64,000 nucleotides of DNA from NCBI GenBank assembly GCA_048884785.1, contig JBHLQM010000003.1, forward strand, positions 70,813 through 134,812, read 5' to 3'. This stretch comes from Candidatus Thorarchaeota archaeon. Lineage in GTDB: Archaea; Asgardarchaeota; Thorarchaeia; Thorarchaeales; Thorarchaeaceae. Below are positions 38,800 through 47,420 of this stretch, in pieces; positions within the stretch are counted from its first letter, which is position 1; the number at the start of each line of letters is the position of its first letter. The notes below the pieces were generated by a model. It worked only from the letters and a program-made list of their open reading frames with translations, was not told where the DNA came from and did no database searches. The position numbers and the translations under genes are program-made.

Positions 38800-39327
38800 T
38801 TATTCCTCCCTCAGAGCCCTCATGGGTGGAATACTCATGGCTCTTAGCTGTGCAAGAACCAAGCCCGGTATTTGAAGAATTACAATATAGAACAATGTTG
38901 TCGCCATTGGACCTGCATCAACTGCAATCATAGCATGAATTGACTGCAGCAGTGAACTACCAAAGTCGCCAAAGTAGGCCATTAGTCCAAGGATCTCAAC
39001 ACTCACCTGGAACACAATAAGAAATGATGAAAATGACACGAGCACTACTTCCCCTATCAGTAAAAGAAGTATCTCTGAGTTACTCCATGATACGCATTTC
39101 AAGATCGCAATATCACGTCGGCGAAATTGTGCAATCAATATAGCATAAATTGTTGATACAATGAATGCCATTAGTAAAGAAGTAACTGCCATACTGGTTT
39201 GTGAGAGACCCCGCGCAACATAGATGTACAGGACTGCGTAGATAATCATAAAGAATATCACCCTTCTCCTGGCGCGAAAAGCTATTTTCATACTCTTAAA
39301 GAGAATCCTGAAATTCAATAACTTCAA
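38800..39327 (-). CDS. minimal FtsX-like ABC permease (4 TM)
   Basis: 175 aa with four hydrophobic segments, immediately upstream of the ATPase gene (4-nt gap). Confidence 0.55.
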   Translation of the reverse strand: MKLLNFRILFKSMKIAFRARRRVIFFMIIYAVLYIYVARGLSQTSMAVTSLLMAFIVSTIYAILIAQFRRRDIAILKCVSWSNSEILLLLIGEVVLVSFSSFLIVFQVSVEILGLMAYFGDFGSSLLQSIHAMIAVDAGPMATTLFYIVILQIPGLVLAQLRAMSIPPMRALREE

Positions 39328-39420
39328 TCCTCCGTGGTGGCGTATTCATAATTTTGTTCTGCTATCACCTAATCATTCTTTCGTGTACGAGTATATGAGC
39401 AGAACACCGAAGGGCAATTC

Positions 39421-39609
39421 CTATTCCTCGGTCTCTGAGGTCACATGTATCTGACCTGGCATGCCCTCTCTTGGCCAAAGTTCCTTCATTAGCAGGTCTC
39501 TTATTGCCACTCTGATGGCTTCACTGCGCGAAGGATACATGCCCAGCTCAACCAAGCGATCCAGTCCGTTTACGTATATCTCGCTCATCTTAACTGTAAT
39601 CAAGTCCAT
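39421..39609 (-). CDS. ribbon-helix-helix (CopG/Arc-like) protein
   Basis: MDLITVKMSEIYVNGLDRLVELGMYPSRSEAIRVAIRDLL shows a strand-helix-helix pattern. Confidence 0.55.
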   Translation of the reverse strand: MDLITVKMSEIYVNGLDRLVELGMYPSRSEAIRVAIRDLLMKELWPREGMPGQIHVTSETEE

Positions 39610-39829
39610 TAGGAACTCACCCAACTAGGCTGAATGTCCCTTTGAGTTGATATAATCCCTTCGAAGAAATGGGTTTTTGCAAGGGAACTCGCGCCATTTT
39701 GCTTGGGGTATCCAATCGATAAAAGTCTAAATATGCTGCCCGTCTTGAAACTCTTGGTAGTGTGACTCTTAAACCAAATATATCGATAAATCAACTGGGA
39801 ACTAGGTAGACTACTGAGGATAACCACTA

Positions 39830-40363
39830 ATGAGCGACTCTTTCGATTATATGAGAAAGGTATGCATGATCGGAGCAGGTGGTAGTGGGAAGACAGCTAT
39901 CGTGAATCGATTCCTTACACAGAAGTTCTCAGAGCAGTATATTGTAACTATCGGTAGTCAGTTTGCAGTCAAGACAGTGGCAGTCATTAATGGACATGGG
40001 GATACAATTAGAATCAAGCTCTTGGTCTGGGACCTTGCGGGTCAGGAGCGTTTTGATTTCATACGGACGAGCTACTATAAGGGCTCAAAGGGTGCCCTTC
40101 TTGTCTATGATGTAACAAGAAAAAGCACATGGATGGAATTACCAAAATGGATTGATGAGACCGAGAACGCTCTCGGGATGAGAATCCCCATTGTTTTGCT
40201 GGCAAATAAGGTTGATATCGTTGAGGATCGAGTTATCTCTCGGGAAATGGGTCTGCAGTTTGTTGAAGAGAATAATCTGAATGGCTATCTTGAAACAAGC
40301 GCACTTTCAGGACAAAACATCGAAGAAGCATTCAGGCAGCTCGCTCAGAATACAATTTCCTGA
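39830..40363 (+). CDS. Rab-like small GTPase
   Basis: G1 GAGGSGKT, switch I TIGSQF, G3 WDLAGQERF, G4 NKVD, G5 ETSALSG. 177 aa, no C-terminal Cys. Confidence 0.85.
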   Translation: MSDSFDYMRKVCMIGAGGSGKTAIVNRFLTQKFSEQYIVTIGSQFAVKTVAVINGHGDTIRIKLLVWDLAGQERFDFIRTSYYKGSKGALLVYDVTRKSTWMELPKWIDETENALGMRIPIVLLANKVDIVEDRVISREMGLQFVEENNLNGYLETSALSGQNIEEAFRQLAQNTIS

Positions 40364-40453
40364 ATAGGAGAAATATGTCTTCAACCAAAACACAATATAG
40401 GCTTGTTTTTAATGCCGAAGGCAACAGACATCGTAGCTGAGATGTGATGATAT

Positions 40454-41590
40454 ATGTCGGACAAATTAAACCTGAAATTCCTCGAAGCCCTCTGTAATTC
40501 CTTTGGTCCTAGTGGCCATGAAACAGAGGCGCAGAAAGTAGCTCATGAATATGGAAAGCAGTATGCTGATGAAGTTCTCTTTGACAGACTTGGTTCAGTT
40601 GTCTTCAAGCATGGCAATGCAGGCCCGAAAATAATGATGGCGGGCCACGTTGATGAGATTGGTTTTGTTATAACAGAAATCACCAAAGAAGGCTATCTAA
40701 AATTCCACCAGCTTGGAGGCTGGTGGGACCAAACGCTACTGACACAAGAGGTCATTGTTCGTCCATTCAAAGACGGAGAGAAAATAGTTGGTATAATTGG
40801 AGCCCCTCCACCGCATGTACTTTCAGCCGAGCAGAGGACGAAGATCGTCACCAAAGATGACATGTATATCGATATCGGATGTTCCTCGAAGAAGGAAGTC
40901 GAAGAGCTTGGTATCCGGGTTGGAGACCCCGCTGTGCCGAGGTCCCTCTTTAGAACCATTCATCGGAAGCGGAAGGAAAAGGATGAAGATGACAAGAATG
41001 CTGAAGAGAAAACTGTTGATGTTCACCTGGCAATTGCAAAAGCATTTGATGATCGAATCGGAGTCTTCATAGTTGTAGAAGCTCTCCGTCGTCTATCTGA
41101 AAGAAACATTAAACATCCAAACATAGTCTATGCAGTATCAACTGTTCAAGAGGAGATAGGCCTGCGAGGTGCTCGTACGGCGGCACAAATGCTTGAACCA
41201 GATATTGGATTTGCTCTTGATGTTGACATTTCCGGAGACTCCCCCGGTTCTAAGGGACTCGTGCAGAAAATGGGCCACGGTGTGACCATTTCTGCAGGTG
41301 ATGGTTCAATGATACCAAATCCGAAATTACGGAGATTTGTGATTGAAGTTGCTGAAGAGATGAAAATCAAGCATCAACCTGCCTTTCTCAAATCAGGTGG
41401 CACCGATGCGGGAGCAATACATCTCTCTGGCATGGGCGCTCCTTCTCTCTTCTTAGGAATTGCGACACGCTACATTCACTCACACCACGCAATGCTTGAC
41501 CTGGGAGATGTAGAAGCTGCTGTAGAGCTTCTAGTGGAACTAATTAAGCGACTTGATCAAAAGACCATCGAGAGCTTTTCCACGCTATAG
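40454..41590 (+). CDS. M42-family metallo-aminopeptidase (TET/FrvX-like)
   Basis: 378 aa with GPSGHE, MMAGHVDEIGF, VQEEIGLRGA and DAG... motifs, plus a Lys/Glu/Asp-rich insert, RKRKEKDEDDKNAEEK. Confidence 0.8.
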   Translation: MSDKLNLKFLEALCNSFGPSGHETEAQKVAHEYGKQYADEVLFDRLGSVVFKHGNAGPKIMMAGHVDEIGFVITEITKEGYLKFHQLGGWWDQTLLTQEVIVRPFKDGEKIVGIIGAPPPHVLSAEQRTKIVTKDDMYIDIGCSSKKEVEELGIRVGDPAVPRSLFRTIHRKRKEKDEDDKNAEEKTVDVHLAIAKAFDDRIGVFIVVEALRRLSERNIKHPNIVYAVSTVQEEIGLRGARTAAQMLEPDIGFALDVDISGDSPGSKGLVQKMGHGVTISAGDGSMIPNPKLRRFVIEVAEEMKIKHQPAFLKSGGTDAGAIHLSGMGAPSLFLGIATRYIHSHHAMLDLGDVEAAVELLVELIKRLDQKTIESFSTL

Positions 41591-41648
41591 AACCAAATCA
41601 AGGACATCAACCAGTCGAAAGACGGGCTGATGTTCTTTCTGGTTTTCT

Positions 41649-42737
41649 TTATCGCTCTCGTTTTCCTTCAATAAACTCATCAACGCGTTTTTGGGCTTCA
41701 AAATCATCGATTTGATAGCGAGGATGCTTGAAGCTATATGAACTGATACTCGAGAGTTCTCCACCAATTCCACGATCGAGTGCAATCTTCACAGCTCGAG
41801 CAACATCAATGATAACGCCCCCGCTGTTTGGCGAGTCTTGCACCGAGAGTTTCAGGTCGAGGTCGATTGGGAGGTCCCCAAATGCCTTCGATCTCATGGT
41901 GATATAGCAGACCTTGTTATCCCCGAGGAATGGAACATAGTCACTCGGACCAATCTTGGTTGGCAACTCATAATCCACGCAGCTTGTCACGGCCTCAGTC
42001 TTGCTGATTCGCTTTGACTTCAACCGGTTTTCTACTTGCATATTTTCAAAGTCGGTATTTCCACCAATGTTAAGCTGATAGGTGCTTTTCAGAATAAGCC
42101 CTCTTTTGTCAAACAACTGTGCAAGAACGCGGTGAAGGATTGTTGCACCCAGTTGGCTCTTAATATCATCGCCGGCTGCTGGAATTCCTTTCTTTTCGAA
42201 TGCCTTGGCATATTCTGAGTTAGGATCAGATACAATGAACTCGGGTATCGCATTGATGAAACCTATTTCAGCATCCAATGCCGCTTGAGCATAGATCCTG
42301 GAACCTTCAGCGCTTCCTACAGGCAAATAGGAAACAAGCATATCCGCCTTTGCTTTTCGTAGTTCCTCTGCAACATCGACGGGTTCAATCTCATTTTCAT
42401 CATATGTAAAGAATGACTCTTTCATATGAGGAGCCACACCATCAGAAATAGGTCCTGGAAGTACTTTTACTCCAATCTTTGGCACATCAGGGGCGAAAAC
42501 GGCACAGCAGTTTGGCTCTGCCCACATTGCATCTGCAATATCTAATCCAATCTTCTTTCGATTAACTTCGAACGCGGCAACGAATTTTAAATCCTTTGGG
42601 AAATAGCCTCCAAAGTCTACATGCATGAGCCCTGGCACTTCATCATCTGACTTAGCATTCCTATAATAATGGGTGCCTTGAATAAGAGCTGATGCACAGT
42701 TTCCGAGACCTGCAATTGCGATTCTGACGTCACCCAT
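41649..42737 (-). CDS. ino1: myo-inositol-1-phosphate synthase
   Basis: 362 aa with the N-terminal VRIAIAGLGNCASALIQG Rossmann and an archaeal short-form MIPS layout. Confidence 0.75.
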   Translation of the reverse strand: MGDVRIAIAGLGNCASALIQGTHYYRNAKSDDEVPGLMHVDFGGYFPKDLKFVAAFEVNRKKIGLDIADAMWAEPNCCAVFAPDVPKIGVKVLPGPISDGVAPHMKESFFTYDENEIEPVDVAEELRKAKADMLVSYLPVGSAEGSRIYAQAALDAEIGFINAIPEFIVSDPNSEYAKAFEKKGIPAAGDDIKSQLGATILHRVLAQLFDKRGLILKSTYQLNIGGNTDFENMQVENRLKSKRISKTEAVTSCVDYELPTKIGPSDYVPFLGDNKVCYITMRSKAFGDLPIDLDLKLSVQDSPNSGGVIIDVARAVKIALDRGIGGELSSISSYSFKHPRYQIDDFEAQKRVDEFIEGKRER

Positions 42738-42807
42738 GGTATCACCTTAGTCACTATTATATGACCAGAGAATACTTTAATTCTTTTAAAACCTTCGCGG
42801 TACGGTC

Positions 42808-43638
42808 CTATGCTTGCTCTTGGTCCTGATCACTGGCGCCATGCTCTATATCTATAGTATAGATGCTGAATAGAAGCTTCTTCGCCAATCCCACTGTTTT
42901 TGGACCTATTCCAGGGATATCGCCCCACTCATCTACATGAGATATGGCTTCCATAGGGGTCTTGTACTTCGCTAGAATACTCCGAGCTCGAACAACATTA
43001 ACGCCTGGAAATCCTGCCATGAAGAATTCCTGCTCATCATTCTGTGTATCCAGTCCCTTTCGAGTTCGTATTACTGGTAGCCTTTGCCCTGAACGGTCCT
43101 TCAACTTACCCTCACCAGTAATTACTCCATAAAGTAGTCCTGCAGAATGCAATGCATTGAATCCTTCAATAATCTCAATGCCTCTCTCTCTAATACTATC
43201 AATTAATGCATCAAGTGACGAGGGATGTATGAAGCTAACACGTTCCATAGTCACAAAGAATGGCCTGTTCTTTGTCTTTTTGGTGCTGAACGGCACATAG
43301 ACGCATCCTTTCATCGGGTCTCTGCGAATCGCCAGTATGTTTTCTATCAACACGTACGGTCTATCATACTCAAGTAATGCATCCAGCTGCTTAGTTAGTC
43401 TTGGAACTCCAGAACTACTACCCTTCAGAGTGTTCACTAGATCACTGACTGTTTTTCTCTCAATGGCAATTCCATCTGGACCAAGCACATCGCCAATTGG
43501 TATCTTTTGGACAACGTATTGAATGCCATCTTTGTCAAGCATGCTCATCAGGTGTTTTATTGAATTGATGCCTTTTCCACCTGTTTCATGAACATCTATT
43601 ACAACTTCTGGCACATTTCCAAAGAGATCGGTTTGCAT
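42808..43638 (-). CDS. xpf: XPF/ERCC4-family structure-specific nuclease (short archaeal form)
   Basis: ERCC4 motif IAIERKTVSDL and a C-terminal tandem HhH, FPGVNVVRARSILAKY...IPGIGPKTVGLAKKLL. Confidence 0.75.
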   Translation of the reverse strand: MQTDLFGNVPEVVIDVHETGGKGINSIKHLMSMLDKDGIQYVVQKIPIGDVLGPDGIAIERKTVSDLVNTLKGSSSGVPRLTKQLDALLEYDRPYVLIENILAIRRDPMKGCVYVPFSTKKTKNRPFFVTMERVSFIHPSSLDALIDSIRERGIEIIEGFNALHSAGLLYGVITGEGKLKDRSGQRLPVIRTRKGLDTQNDEQEFFMAGFPGVNVVRARSILAKYKTPMEAISHVDEWGDIPGIGPKTVGLAKKLLFSIYTIDIEHGASDQDQEQA

Positions 43639-43640
43639 CC

Positions 43641-44306
43641 CTATTCCTCATCAAAGAGTGTTAGGACTGCTGCCATTGAGACTTCTCTCGCTAGTTTTTC
43701 ATCATTTGCTGAGCCAATCACAACAACATCGTTATCCTTCACACGTAGGCTCTCTAGTATTAAAAGGGCCTCTGCCTCATATTCAAAAAGTATATTGAAA
43801 TCATCGGGAGGCATTAGAAGCATTCCATCCTTTTGAACAAGCGTTGTTGCCCCAGCCTGTCCATATCCTCCCCCTTGAATTATGGCCTCGTCTCGTTGTC
43901 TAATACCATCTTTAACAGCTGTTGCTTTATCTTTTACCAGATTTGCATAAGCACTGTTATGAATTACAAGAGAACCAAGACTGAGGGCCAGGCCAATCGG
44001 CACATCGTTGGTTATCCTGTCAAAGAGATTTCTACCTTTTGATGTAAGTTTCTGACCTTGCTTGCCTTCCGCCGTTATATAGCCTGCTTCTGTTAGCCTT
44101 TTCAACAGTGTACGTGCGCTTCCTTCTCCGACAGACATCTGTTCGCAAAGCTCGTATCTCCCCAATGGCTGTTCCCTGCCTATCATGATTAATGCAACAA
44201 CTACATGATGTGGTCTGAAAGTGGGGGAAACTCGACCATCTGCAGGTTGAGCAATTTGTATTATTTCCTGCAACCAAGACAAAGTATCACAAGCTCCATA
44301 TTGCAT
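43641..44306 (-). CDS. winged-helix regulator with C-terminal DUF4443-like domain
   Basis: 221 aa. The wHTH is LGRYELCEQMSVGEGSARTLLKRLTEAGYI. The C-terminal domain is unassigned by eye. Confidence 0.45.
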   Translation of the reverse strand: MQYGACDTLSWLQEIIQIAQPADGRVSPTFRPHHVVVALIMIGREQPLGRYELCEQMSVGEGSARTLLKRLTEAGYITAEGKQGQKLTSKGRNLFDRITNDVPIGLALSLGSLVIHNSAYANLVKDKATAVKDGIRQRDEAIIQGGGYGQAGATTLVQKDGMLLMPPDDFNILFEYEAEALLILESLRVKDNDVVVIGSANDEKLAREVSMAAVLTLFDEE

Positions 44307-44322
44307 TCACAAGCAATCACTT

Positions 44323-44925
44323 TTATTCTTCTCCCTCTAGCGTGAGAGATTTGTTTTCCACCTCTGCCAGAGCCAGATTGAATTGTTCACTAATCACTCT
44401 ATGCAGGCGAGGTACAACTGATGCAAACAGTATTGCATTTGAAACAACATGCACAATCATGAATGGAAGTCCTGCTACTAATGCAATAAGAAAAGGAACA
44501 CTGAAAGTGAGAGAATACCCAATATTTGTAACAAAATCAAAGATGGCTGTAACTACAAGACCTATGCATCCAATCTCAATAGGTGAGAATAATTCTTTGT
44601 ATACAGATTTCCTTGGTTGACCTACAATCGAACCAGCTATTACAACATAGATCCAACCAATGACCTGTGAGAGCCATATTGAGGGTATGAAGCCGCCCCA
44701 TGGATTGAGGGTACCAAATACAATTGAAGTGATTAATGTGCTCCAGAAGGCCATCTGGAGCCCAAAGATATAGGCTGTCAGAAAGAGGACGATTGTTCCG
44801 AACTCCACATTGGGAATAAAGACTACGCTATAATTGCCAACAATAGCCAGCGCGGTCATTGTTGCCGTTATTGCAACCCATCTTGTGCTTCCGGTTGTCA
44901 ATCGGCCTCGATCTTCAGCCATCAC
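44323..44925 (-). CDS. ECF S-component-like 6-TM membrane protein
   Basis: 200 aa with six hydrophobic segments. Size and topology match energy-coupling-factor substrate-capture subunits. No A/T components are nearby. Confidence 0.45.
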   Translation of the reverse strand: MMAEDRGRLTTGSTRWVAITATMTALAIVGNYSVVFIPNVEFGTIVLFLTAYIFGLQMAFWSTLITSIVFGTLNPWGGFIPSIWLSQVIGWIYVVIAGSIVGQPRKSVYKELFSPIEIGCIGLVVTAIFDFVTNIGYSLTFSVPFLIALVAGLPFMIVHVVSNAILFASVVPRLHRVISEQFNLALAEVENKSLTLEGEE

Positions 44926-44927
44926 GT

Positions 44928-45683
44928 CTACCCTCGGTCTTTCCGCCTTTTCCTCAATAATGAAACTCCAACAATAATGATGATACCTATACCCGCTGAA
45001 CCAAGTGCTATTGGCACCAATCCTGACGGGGCTGAAATGGAAACAAACTCTAGCACCAAGGAATATGGCACACCGAATGAATAGGATGTATTTGCCTGCA
45101 TGAGAATGCCCGTTGCAGTATCATACGCCAGGAAGGTTTTTTGGGGTTCTCCAAATCCAGTCGGATCTTGCGTATAATTGAAGGCTACCCAGTTGGACAT
45201 TCTCCCATTGATTTCTAGGTTCAGATAATATATTTCCATGGTCCCATTCAAATAGTTGCCATACACTCTTTGAGCCGATTCCTCGGCTATAGTCGTAAGT
45301 TCATCGATGTCCTCTGCGCTGTTTTTGACCACAAAACCGGGAAGGAATGGGGTGAATCCAGCCACGCCTAGCACGAGGTCATTCGCGATGTCTGTATCAT
45401 TTGCCGCCCATGAATGATTGCCTAGTGTGATTTGCCCTACAACGTCATCACCAATCGAGGTGACTGTGAAGAGCATTTCACTGTCGGCAGATGCAATCCA
45501 CTTTCCTGTTCCAGACCAATATAGCGAGAACGGAACCTCTGATGATTCGATAACTCTCCAAGAGATTGTCACGTTACCAAGAGGCCCTGGGGCAATTGCA
45601 CTGCTATATCCATTCGAACCCGCCACTGGCAAGGAAATAATCAGCGAAAGCAGAAGAGGTACTAAGAATATTGCTCTTTTCAT
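44928..45683 (-). CDS. secreted protein with C-terminal membrane anchor
   Basis: Signal-like N-terminus MKRAIFLVPLLLSLIISLPVAG, and a C-terminal TM plus basic tail, GIGIIIIVGVSLLRKRRKDRG. Confidence 0.55.
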   Translation of the reverse strand: MKRAIFLVPLLLSLIISLPVAGSNGYSSAIAPGPLGNVTISWRVIESSEVPFSLYWSGTGKWIASADSEMLFTVTSIGDDVVGQITLGNHSWAANDTDIANDLVLGVAGFTPFLPGFVVKNSAEDIDELTTIAEESAQRVYGNYLNGTMEIYYLNLEINGRMSNWVAFNYTQDPTGFGEPQKTFLAYDTATGILMQANTSYSFGVPYSLVLEFVSISAPSGLVPIALGSAGIGIIIIVGVSLLRKRRKDRG

Positions 45684-46195
45684 AATCGATTCATTCTCCT
45701 CATGGTTGTTAGGTAGAGTATTCCCAAGAAGGAAGGTCCAATAATGAGCAGAGAGAGAATACCTATGATGGCAGTGGGATCATTGTAGGACGTTGTAGGC
45801 GGAGTGAAACTGGACGAAGTCCTTCTCCATACTATGTGATCACCATTTTCAACTGACATTAGGTTGGCCGCAACTGGCGCAAATTGGTCATTTATCCAAT
45901 ATTGCCAATAGAGACCTAGCTCATCATCATTCTGCACACCCTCAATCGATACAACATATGCATAGATTCCATACCATTCAACGGTTATATCCATTTGAGA
46001 CTGTGTCACATTAAGGACGTTGGTTCCTTCAAGGTTTGAGAAGTGACTGATTGTGCCATTTCCAAAATCAACTTCGAGTTCAATGCCCGTTGCCATTGAA
46101 GTCATAAATGACTCATTAACCACTGGGTATTGCACAACAGATGCATTTGCTATAATCAGCATAAGAGTAAGCAGTTTTGCAGCAAGCACAATCAT
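45680..46195 (-). CDS. DUF4430-domain secreted protein with C-terminal anchor
   Basis: ...YAYVVSIEGVQNDDELGLYWQYWINDQFAPVAANLMSVENGDHIVWR fits the DUF4430 (transcobalamin-like beta domain) pattern. ATGA overlap with the next gene. Confidence 0.6.
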   Translation of the reverse strand: MIVLAAKLLTLMLIIANASVVQYPVVNESFMTSMATGIELEVDFGNGTISHFSNLEGTNVLNVTQSQMDITVEWYGIYAYVVSIEGVQNDDELGLYWQYWINDQFAPVAANLMSVENGDHIVWRRTSSSFTPPTTSYNDPTAIIGILSLLIIGPSFLGILYLTTMRRMNRL

Positions 46196-46204
46196 TCAGC
46201 TCAT

Positions 46205-46225
46205 CGTAGGATAGGTTATCCTACG
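46205..46225. promoter_or_regulatory. perfect 9-bp palindrome immediately upstream of the DUF4430 operon start
   Basis: CGTAGGATA GGT TATCCTACG, located 9 nt upstream of the minus-strand ATG at 46195. It could be an operator or an RBS-occluding hairpin. Confidence 0.4.
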
Positions 46226-46303
46226 AAATGATTTGGATTATAACTCTTACTAATAGGATAATTGTATCCAGTAAGAAGGTGCTTCCAGGAATAGAGGTAT
46301 TTG

Positions 46304-46447
46304 TGAATCGACTGGACACAAGAACTCTGCAAGGGGACCTTAGACCCAAAATGGGTACTATTGAACGAACGAATGCAGATTGCGCTAATGACGCAAATCG
46401 CAATCGCAGTCTTTCAAACATGGGAAGTGTCCAGTCGATTTTTCACT
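46304..46447. repeat. long-range inverted repeat enclosing nested hairpins
   Basis: The arms AATCGACTGGACAC (46307-46320) and GTGTCCAGTCGATT (46428-46441) are perfect complements, extendable to GTGAA / TTCAC with a 3-nt indel. An inner stem GATTGCG (46379-46385) / CGCAATC (46400-46406) has the competing arm CGCAAAT (46393-46399). Confidence 0.6.
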
Positions 46448-46620
46448 GATGAATCGAAGTGATTCAACCATAATCTTGCGATTATTCCCCGTTCATCAGT
46501 CCCCTGACGCAATCTGATACTGGAATCTTCCCTATATTTAGTTTTGCTGATTATTCACCGAAGCATCTAAAACTGACTAATAGGAAAACGCATCGTGCAG
46601 TAGTCAGGAGATACATCTAT

Positions 46621-47259
46621 TTGAGCGAAATTGTTCCGCGAAAATACCCGGGATACCTGTTCGTGCTGGAAGGCATTGATGGGGCCGGTAAAACAACGAT
46701 ATGTGACAGGGTAGTTTCGTATCTTCTACAGGAACGACTTGATGTAATTCGGCTCCGAGAACCTACCAATGAGAGTCCTTGGGGTCAAGAGATTCGGATT
46801 CGCTCGCCAAAAGGAGAATTGACTAGTTATGAAGAACTGGACCTATTCATACGCGACCGTGATTGGCATGTTAAGAACAGAATAATGCCGTCTCTCAAGG
46901 CTGGAAGGATTGTCTTGATGGATCGCTACTTCTTCGCAACTGGTGCATATCAATCCACAAGCACTGGAATTCACTGGAGTGAGATTCTTAGACGGAACCG
47001 TGAAGAGATTCACGCGCCTGAGCCTGATATTATTTTCATACTCGACATACCTGCAGAAATTGGCCTTGCAAGAGTTATGAATGATCGAGGTGAGCCCAAT
47101 CTTCAATTCGAGCGATTGGAACGGTTGGTAAGGGTGCGTGAGGCGTATTTGGAAATGGTTGAGAATGATTCAGGAAGATATATTGTGGTAGATGCAACAA
47201 AACCCATTGAGAATGTTGAAGCTGAGATTGTGAAGGCAATCTTGGAGTCCATTCTATAG
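46621..47259 (+). CDS. tmk: thymidylate kinase
   Basis: P-loop LEGIDGAGKTT, DRY motif (LMDRYFF) and lid region. TTG start. Confidence 0.85.
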   Translation: MSEIVPRKYPGYLFVLEGIDGAGKTTICDRVVSYLLQERLDVIRLREPTNESPWGQEIRIRSPKGELTSYEELDLFIRDRDWHVKNRIMPSLKAGRIVLMDRYFFATGAYQSTSTGIHWSEILRRNREEIHAPEPDIIFILDIPAEIGLARVMNDRGEPNLQFERLERLVRVREAYLEMVENDSGRYIVVDATKPIENVEAEIVKAILESIL

Positions 47260-47420
47260 ATTTCTCTACAAAAAGCGAAAATAATGCCTAATTGCGATTA
47301 ATAATGGAGATTTCCGGAAATGCGAATTATCTAGTGACAAGCTTTTTTAGTGACACACTCAGCATCGTTACAGAGATTATCTCCTACAAAAACACACAAT
47401 GGGACCGGGAGAATTGAAAA

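Noticed and set aside
46221-46449. Two overlapping ~70-aa ORFs on opposite strands in the DUF4430/tmk intergenic region
   Set aside because: They mirror each other, have an odd composition, and are spanned by the inverted-repeat structure. The region is more plausibly non-coding and regulatory.
46196-46620. Cobalamin riboswitch upstream of the DUF4430/S-component operon
   Set aside because: The gene context is tempting, but I cannot find the B12-box or GCCACTG-type conserved cores on either strand. I kept it only as an unclassified structured element.
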